Source: an uncultured Methylopila sp.
GTDB lineage: Bacteria > Pseudomonadota > Alphaproteobacteria > Rhizobiales > Methylopilaceae
Length of the DNA: 64,000 nucleotides
Direction: 5' to 3'
Assembly: GCA_902168115.1 (NCBI GenBank)
Contig: CABHPB010000141.1
Span: 1-64,000 of the forward strand
Shown here one piece after another: positions 58,347-64,000 of this stretch (position 1 is its first letter; every line of letters begins with the position of its first letter). The notes beneath the pieces are model-generated. The model was not told the origin of the DNA. It saw nothing but the letters and a program-made list of their open reading frames with translations, and ran no database searches. Made by a program: the position numbers and the translations under genes.

Positions 58347-59123
58347 ATGTCCGCCGCGACCGAGACCGCCTTCGGCGCCGCCCTCCGCGACCCGGGCCGC
58401 GGAGCGCCCGCCCACTTGGCTCCGTCGTCGGGCCGGCGCCCGGAGCGGCGCTTCTCGGTCTATCGCAACAACGTCGCCGTCTCGCTGATGGGCGCGCTCG
58501 CGACGCGGTTTCCAGCCGCGCGGCGCATCGTCGGCGAAGCGTTCTTCGACGAACTCGCCAGAGCTTATGTCGCGCAGCATCCACCGCGCTCGCCGCTGAT
58601 GATGATGTATGGCGACGATTTTCCCGAGTTCGTCGCGCAGGCGCCAGGCCTCGACGAGGTCTCCTATCTCGCCGACATCACGCGGCTGGAGGCGGCGCGG
58701 ACCCGAGCCTATCACGCCGCCGACGCAGATCCTTTGCCGGCTTCCGCCTTCGCGGCTCTCGATGGCGCGCTCGACGAGGTCCGCCTTGCGCTCCACCCGT
58801 CGGTCGAGGTGGTGCGGTCCGGGCATCCGCTCGTGACGATCTGGGCGATGAACTCCGGCGAAGCTGAGCTTGGCCCCATCGCCGACTGGTCGCCGCAAGA
58901 CGCGCTGGTCTGCCGGCCCGAGCTTGACGTTTTCGTCCGCCGGCTGCCGGACGGCGGCGCGGCGTTCCTGGTGGCGCTCGCCGGGGGCGCGACGCTCGCC
59001 GACGCCGCCGGCCGCGCCGCGCAGGAGGCGCGCAGCTTCGACCTCACGGAAAACCTGATCGGCCTGATCGGCGGCGGCCTCGTCGTCGCGATCCGGCCCT
59101 CGCAACAGGGAGACGCGCCATGA
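58347..59123 (+). CDS. bufC: DUF2063-family protein (MNIO partner, BufC-like).
   Basis: The hallmark RFSVYRNNV is present. The ATG at 58347 lies 12 nt after the bufB stop. Confidence 0.8.
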   Translation: MSAATETAFGAALRDPGRGAPAHLAPSSGRRPERRFSVYRNNVAVSLMGALATRFPAARRIVGEAFFDELARAYVAQHPPRSPLMMMYGDDFPEFVAQAPGLDEVSYLADITRLEAARTRAYHAADADPLPASAFAALDGALDEVRLALHPSVEVVRSGHPLVTIWAMNSGEAELGPIADWSPQDALVCRPELDVFVRRLPDGGAAFLVALAGGATLADAAGRAAQEARSFDLTENLIGLIGGGLVVAIRPSQQGDAP

Positions 59124-59599
59124 GCGCCATCGACGTCCGCCCGCCCGTCCTGTCCGGCCCCGCGGAGGCGATCCGCCGCCTGTTCGGCCTGTTCGAGGCC
59201 ATCCCCTATTCGCTGCTGGCGCTGGCGGCGCGGGTGTTTCCGGCGGCGGTGTTCTGGCAGTCCGGCCAGACCAAGACGCAGGGGCTGAACGTCTTCGCGC
59301 TCTCCGACAGCGCGGTGTTCCTTTTTCAGGAAGAGTACAAGCTCCCGCTGGTCGACCCGACGGTGGCGGCGCATGGCGCGGCGATCGCAGAGCACCTGTT
59401 CCCCGCGCTGCTCGTCATCGGCCTCGCCAGCCGCTTTTCGGCGCTCGCGCTGCTCGGCATGACGCTGGTCATCGAGATCTTCGTCTATCCGGACGCCTGG
59501 CCGACGCACGGCACCTGGGCCGCCTGCTTCCTGCTGGTCATCGCCCGCGGGCCGGGCGTGGTCTCGCTCGACCATCTCATCGCGAAGCGCTGGGGGTGA
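59120..59599 (+). CDS. bufD: DoxX-family membrane protein (BufD-like).
   Basis: It has four TM helices of the DoxX pattern. Its ATGA overlaps the bufC stop. Confidence 0.8.
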   Translation: MSAIDVRPPVLSGPAEAIRRLFGLFEAIPYSLLALAARVFPAAVFWQSGQTKTQGLNVFALSDSAVFLFQEEYKLPLVDPTVAAHGAAIAEHLFPALLVIGLASRFSALALLGMTLVIEIFVYPDAWPTHGTWAACFLLVIARGPGVVSLDHLIAKRWG

Positions 59600-59685
59600 G
59601 GCGCGGAGCGACCGCCCTCGGTTGATTATGGCGCCTCCATCGGCTTTATCGCTGCGACGCAGCGCGAGAGCCGAAGGAGCCCCAA

Positions 59686-61119
59686 ATGACCGACTGGCCC
59701 GTCTACGCAAAGATCGACGGCCCCATCGTCATCATCGGCTTCGGCTCGATCGGACGCGGCACGCTGCCCCTCATCGAGCGCCACTTCGAGTACGACAAGG
59801 ACCGGATCGTCGCGATCGACCCGTCCGACCTCAACAAGCACATCCTCGACAAGCACGGCGTGCCGTTCATCCAGCAGCACGTCACCAAGGAGAACTATCG
59901 CGAGCTGCTGACTCCGCTGCTCACCAAGGGCGGCGGTCGCGGTTTTTGCGTGAACCTCTCGGTCGACACCGGCTCGGCGGACCTCATGGCGCTCTGCCAG
60001 GAGCTCGGCTGCCTCTACATCGACACCGTCAACGAGCCGTGGCTCGGATTCTACTTCGACAAGACCAAGGGCCCGTCCGAGCGCTCGAACTACGCGCTGC
60101 GCGAGATCACGCTCGACCTTCGCCGCCGCTCGCCGAAGGGCCTACCGACCGCCGTCTCCACCTGCGGGGCGAACCCCGGGATGGTGTCGTTCTTCGTCAA
60201 GCAGGCGGCGCTGAACATCGCCTCCGACCTTAAGCTCAACGTTCCCGAGCCGAAGAACCGCGAGGAGTGGGCGGCGCTGCTGCGGCAGATCGGCGTGAAG
60301 GGCGTCCACATCGCCGAGCGCGACACCCAGCGCACCACGGACCCCAAGCCTCGCGGCGTGTTCCTCAACACCTGGTCGGTCGAGGGCTTCATCTCGGAAG
60401 GGCTGCAGCCGGCCGAGCTCGGCTGGGGCACGCATGAGAAGTGGATGCCGGCCAACGGCAAGACCCATGAGGATCCGAAGGCGGCGGCGATCTACCTGAT
60501 GCAGCCGGGCGCGGCGACCAAGGTCCGCACCTGGTGCCCGACGCCGGGTCCCCAGTACGGCTTCCTCGTCACCCACAACGAGTCGATCTCGATCGCCGAC
60601 TACTTCACCGTCTGGGAGGACGGCAAGGCGGTCTACCGCCCGACCTGCCACTACGCCTACCACCCGGCCGACGACGCCGTGCTGTCCTGGCACGAGCTGT
60701 TCGGCGCGGAAGGCAAGGTGCAGGACAAGCTGCACGTGCTCGACGAGGACGAACTCACCGACGGCGTCGACGAGCTCGGCGTGCTGCTCTACGGCCACGG
60801 CAAGGGCGCCTACTGGTACGGCTCGCAGCTCTCGCTCGAGGAGACCCGCACGCTTGCGCCCTACCAGAACGCGACCGGTCTGCAGGTGACCTCCGCCATC
60901 CTCGCCGGCATGGTCTGGGCGATCGAGAACCCGAACGAGGGCATCGTCGAAACCGACGAGATGGACTTCAAGCGCTGCCTGGAGATCCAGCGCCCCTATC
61001 TCGGGCCGGTGAAGGGCTACTACACCGACTGGACGCCGCTCGAGAACCGCCCGGGCCTGTTCCCGGAGGAGATCGACGAGAGCGATCCCTGGCAGTTCCG
61101 GAACTTCTTCGTCGGGTGA
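59686..61119 (+). CDS. hss: Homospermidine synthase (NAD-dependent).
   Basis: It starts MTDWPVYAKIDGPIVIIGFGSIGRGTLPLIERH. The protein is 477 aa, the typical length and N-terminus for bacterial HSS. AAGGAG lies upstream of the ATG. Confidence 0.9.
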   Translation: MTDWPVYAKIDGPIVIIGFGSIGRGTLPLIERHFEYDKDRIVAIDPSDLNKHILDKHGVPFIQQHVTKENYRELLTPLLTKGGGRGFCVNLSVDTGSADLMALCQELGCLYIDTVNEPWLGFYFDKTKGPSERSNYALREITLDLRRRSPKGLPTAVSTCGANPGMVSFFVKQAALNIASDLKLNVPEPKNREEWAALLRQIGVKGVHIAERDTQRTTDPKPRGVFLNTWSVEGFISEGLQPAELGWGTHEKWMPANGKTHEDPKAAAIYLMQPGAATKVRTWCPTPGPQYGFLVTHNESISIADYFTVWEDGKAVYRPTCHYAYHPADDAVLSWHELFGAEGKVQDKLHVLDEDELTDGVDELGVLLYGHGKGAYWYGSQLSLEETRTLAPYQNATGLQVTSAILAGMVWAIENPNEGIVETDEMDFKRCLEIQRPYLGPVKGYYTDWTPLENRPGLFPEEIDESDPWQFRNFFVG

Positions 61120-61137
61120 GGAGCGGTCGCGAACCCT

Positions 61138-61162
61138 CGCCGCCGGGCTCGACCCGGCGGCG
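61138..61162 (+). terminator. GC hairpin after hss, a weak terminator.
   Basis: The stem cgccgccggg-ctcga-cccggcggcg is 10 bp. The T-run begins only 7 nt later, which is weak. Confidence 0.35.
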
Positions 61163-61599
61163 GCGGCGTTTGGCTCGACGGCCTCAATCTCTAAAAGTAG
61201 TGGGCGCTTTCGGCGCCGTCGAAGCGGCCGGCCTCAAGGCAACACGCCTTGAAACCGGCGGCCCGATCCGCAGGGGCACGGATCCTTGCGGCCGAGCCTC
61301 TCGATAAGTTCGACGTCGCCGTGGACGATGCGGACACCGCGTTTGACGCGGGTCTCGGACGGGAACGACTTACGCCGTTTGCTCGTGCGTTCGAAAGCAC
61401 GAGGCGTCGTCGTGGATGCGCTTGATCGCCATGACAGCCTCCCGGTCTCATCCGCCGAAAGCCGGCGCGCGCCTCGATAGACGGCGCTGACCTCCTCGGC
61501 AACAGGTCCCCGCGACGCTGACGTTCGGGCCGCGCGCTTGGCTCACGCGCCTGCTGGCGCTAGGGATGCGCCGTCTCCCGCAGCAAAGCCGACGCCCGC

Positions 61600-62865
61600 A
61601 TGTCCTCCTCCGCCGTCTGGCGTCCGTTCACGCAGCACGCGCTCGAGCCCGACCCGCCCGCGATCGCCCGCGCCGAAGGCGCGTGGCTCACCGACGCGAG
61701 CGGACGGAAGATCCTCGACGCCATCTCGTCCTGGTGGGTCACGACCCACGGCCACCGCCACCCGCGTATCATCGCGGCGATCCGCGAGACGGCGGAGAGC
61801 CTCGACCAGGTCATCTTCGCCGGGCTGACGCACGAGCCGGCCGAACGCCTGGCCGCCGGCCTCGTGGAGATCGCGCCAGCCGGCCTGTCGCACGTGTTCT
61901 TCTCCGATTCCGGGTCGACCGCGGTCGAGGTCGCGCTGAAGATGGCGTTGGGCTACTTCCGCAACCTCGGCGAGGCGCGCACGCGGGTCGCGGTGCTCGA
62001 GGGCGGCTATCACGGCGACACCATCGGCGGGATGAGCGTCGGCGAACGCGGCGTGTTCAACGCGGCCTATGCGCCGCTGCTGTTCGAGGTCGAGCGGGTT
62101 CCGTTTCCGGGCGACGGCGGCGAGCAGGCGGCGCTCGACGCGATCGAGCGCGCAGGCTCACGAGGCGACCTCGCCGCGCTGCTGGTCGAGCCGCTCGTGC
62201 TCGGCGCCGGAGGCATGCGCATCTACACTCCTGCGACACTGGCGCGGCTCGCGGAGGCCGCCCGGGCGCACGGCGCGCTGCTGATCGCCGACGAGGTCAT
62301 GACCGGCTGGGGCCGGAGCGGAACCCTCTTCGCCTGCGAGCAGGCCGGCCTGTCGCCCGACATCCTCTGCACGTCGAAGGGACTGACCGGCGGCGCGATC
62401 CCGCTCGCGGCGACGCTTGCGACGCAGGCGATCTTCGACGCGCACTGGTCGAGCGACAGGGCCAAGACCTTCTTCCATTCCTCGTCCTACACCGCGAACC
62501 CGATCGCCTGCGCCGCGGCGCTCGCCAATCTCGACGTCTGGCGCGAGGAACCGGTCCGAGAGCGCATCACACGGCTGGCGGAAATGCAGGGCGAACGGGT
62601 GTCGCGCGTGGCTTCCGACCCACGGTTCCGCAACGTCCGTCGCTGCGGGACGATCGCAGCCGTCGATCTACACGTCTCGGACCCGGGATATCTCGCGGAC
62701 GTCGGTCCGAGACTGCGCGCATTCTTCCTGGAGCGCGGCCTTCTCGTGCGGCCGCTCGGGGACGTGATCTATCTGATGCCGCCATATTGCATCACCGAGG
62801 CGGAGCTCGACGTGCTGTACGACGCCATCGCAGAGGCGGCGGACCGGTTCGGAGCGCCGCGATGA
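61600..62865 (+). CDS. bioA: Adenosylmethionine-8-amino-7-oxononanoate aminotransferase.
   Basis: It has [18 protein letters not shown] and [11 protein letters not shown]. The protein is 421 aa. Confidence 0.9.
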   Translation: MSSSAVWRPFTQHALEPDPPAIARAEGAWLTDASGRKILDAISSWWVTTHGHRHPRIIAAIRETAESLDQVIFAGLTHEPAERLAAGLVEIAPAGLSHVFFSDSGSTAVEVALKMALGYFRNLGEARTRVAVLEGGYHGDTIGGMSVGERGVFNAAYAPLLFEVERVPFPGDGGEQAALDAIERAGSRGDLAALLVEPLVLGAGGMRIYTPATLARLAEAARAHGALLIADEVMTGWGRSGTLFACEQAGLSPDILCTSKGLTGGAIPLAATLATQAIFDAHWSSDRAKTFFHSSSYTANPIACAAALANLDVWREEPVRERITRLAEMQGERVSRVASDPRFRNVRRCGTIAAVDLHVSDPGYLADVGPRLRAFFLERGLLVRPLGDVIYLMPPYCITEAELDVLYDAIAEAADRFGAPR

Positions 62866-63848
62866 AAGCTGCCGGAACGACCATCCTCGGCTTCGGCCAT
62901 GCGGTCCCGGCGCGCCGGGTGGCGAGCGCCGAGATCGAGCGCGACCTCGGCCTCGAAGACGGCTGGATCGAGCGGCGCACGGGCGTGCGGGAGCGGCGCT
63001 GGGCCGGGCCCGACGAGACGCTGACAGACCTTGCGACGAAGGCCGGCGAGCGCGCCCTCGCCGCGTCGGGGCTCGGCCGCGGCGACGTCTCGCTGCTGCT
63101 GCTCGCCACCTCGACGCCGGATCGGCTTCTGCCGCCCTCGGGTCCGCTGGTCGCGCACAAGCTCGGCCTGACGCGCGCCGGCGCGGTCGACATGGCGGGC
63201 GCCTGCGCGGGCTTCGTCTATGCGCTGACGCTCGCCGACGCGCATGTCCGCGCCCATGGCCGCCCGGCGCTGGTGATCGCCGCGAACCTGCTCAGCCGCC
63301 GCATCAATTTCGCCGAACGCGGCGGGGCTGCGCTGTTCGCGGACGCGGCCGGCGCCGTGCTGCTCGGTCCGACGGACGACGCAGGCTCCGGCGTGCTCGG
63401 GCAGTCGCTCGCCTCCGACGGCGCGGGCTACGATCTCGTCTCGATCGCGGCCGGCGGCAGCGAGCGTCCGTTCACGGCCGACATGCCGATCGAGGACACG
63501 CGCATGGCGATCTCGAACGGCGGAGCGCTGTTCGCCGGCGCCGTCCACCTGATGACCGAATGCTCGCGCGAGGCGATGGCGGAGGCGGACGTCGCGGTCG
63601 AGGCGATCGACCGCTTCACGCCGCATCAGGCGAACGCCCGCATCTTCGCGGCCGTGGGCCGCAAGCTCGGCCTCGCCGACGGCGTGATGGTGAGCACGGT
63701 CGCCGACTATGGCAACTCGTCGGCGGCGACGATTCCGCTGTCGCTCAGCCTGTCGCATGAGGCGAGGCCGATCCGGCGCGGCGAGACCCTGCTGCTCGCC
63801 GCCGCAGGCGCCGGACTGACCGGCGGCGCGGCGGTCTATCGAACCTGA
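62862..63848 (+). CDS. bioZ: FabH-like 3-oxoacyl-ACP synthase III paralog in a bio operon (BioZ-like).
   Basis: It has KAS III active-site motifs ([23 protein letters not shown]). Its ATGA overlaps the bioA stop. The track fused it into a 760-aa ORF from 61566. Confidence 0.7.
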   Translation: MKAAGTTILGFGHAVPARRVASAEIERDLGLEDGWIERRTGVRERRWAGPDETLTDLATKAGERALAASGLGRGDVSLLLLATSTPDRLLPPSGPLVAHKLGLTRAGAVDMAGACAGFVYALTLADAHVRAHGRPALVIAANLLSRRINFAERGGAALFADAAGAVLLGPTDDAGSGVLGQSLASDGAGYDLVSIAAGGSERPFTADMPIEDTRMAISNGGALFAGAVHLMTECSREAMAEADVAVEAIDRFTPHQANARIFAAVGRKLGLADGVMVSTVADYGNSSAATIPLSLSLSHEARPIRRGETLLLAAAGAGLTGGAAVYRT

Positions 63849-63862
63849 TCCTCGGCGGAGAA

Positions 63863-63885
63863 GGGACCGGCGCAAGGCCGGTCCC
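63863..63885. terminator. Bidirectional hairpin between bioZ and a convergent partial gene.
   Basis: The 9-bp stem is gggaccggc-gcaag-gccggtccc. Confidence 0.5.
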
Positions 63886-63888
63886 GGC

Positions 63889-64000
63889 TCAGTTCCTCGG
63901 ATTGATGAGGGTCCGGTCGAGGGTCTCGTAGGTCGAGGCGAGATTGCGCGCCTGGCCGATGATCGTCAGGAACTTCTGCAGCTCGGTGAGCGCCGAGTTC
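63889..64000 (-). CDS. Partial CDS giving the C-terminal 37 codons of an unidentified protein. Its N-terminus lies beyond the window.
   Basis: A frame is open to the window edge and ends ...LTELQKFLTIIGQARNLASTYETLDRTLINPRN with a stop at 63889-63891. Confidence 0.4.
   Translation of the reverse strand, partial: NSALTELQKFLTIIGQARNLASTYETLDRTLINPRN

Overview
This is a 64 kb high-GC (about 68-70%) chromosomal segment that looks alphaproteobacterial, probably Rhizobiales. It is densely coding on both strands, and most long ORFs in the supplied track are antisense shadows of real genes. I found no transposase, integrase, CRISPR array or rRNA. The confidently recognisable housekeeping genes are hisS, hisZ-hisG, groES-groEL with a CIRCE operator, rpmE, cobS-cobT, modABC, bioA with a FabH-like bioZ, and an NAD-dependent homospermidine synthase. 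Around them lie several accessory modules. The first is a complete bufferin-type RiPP cluster (DUF2282 precursor, DUF692 MNIO oxidase, DUF2063, DoxX) immediately divergent from an ECF sigma F / NrsF anti-sigma pair, with GTAACG-N16-CGAA promoters. The second is an NspS/MbaA-like pair, a PotD-family periplasmic binding protein overlapping a membrane GGDEF(SGDEF)-EAL protein. The third is a polyamine theme: a roughly 460 nt structured leader in front of ornithine decarboxylase, an adjacent GNAT, and homospermidine synthase. The fourth is a Na/Pi cotransporter co-transcribed with a PstS-like binding protein behind a Pho-box-like repeat. The fifth is a COG0523 zinc-chaperone GTPase with a Zur-box-like palindrome, inserted between hisS and hisZG. 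The sixth is two tandem tRNA-like elements whose acceptor stems or anticodon loops look abnormal, sitting between lower-GC intergenic stretches. At the left edge, running off the window, is a gene missing from the ORF track. It encodes an RTX-type calcium-binding beta-propeller-repeat protein that looks like a type I secretion substrate. All calls rest on reading the sequence by eye and on motif knowledge. No searches were run.
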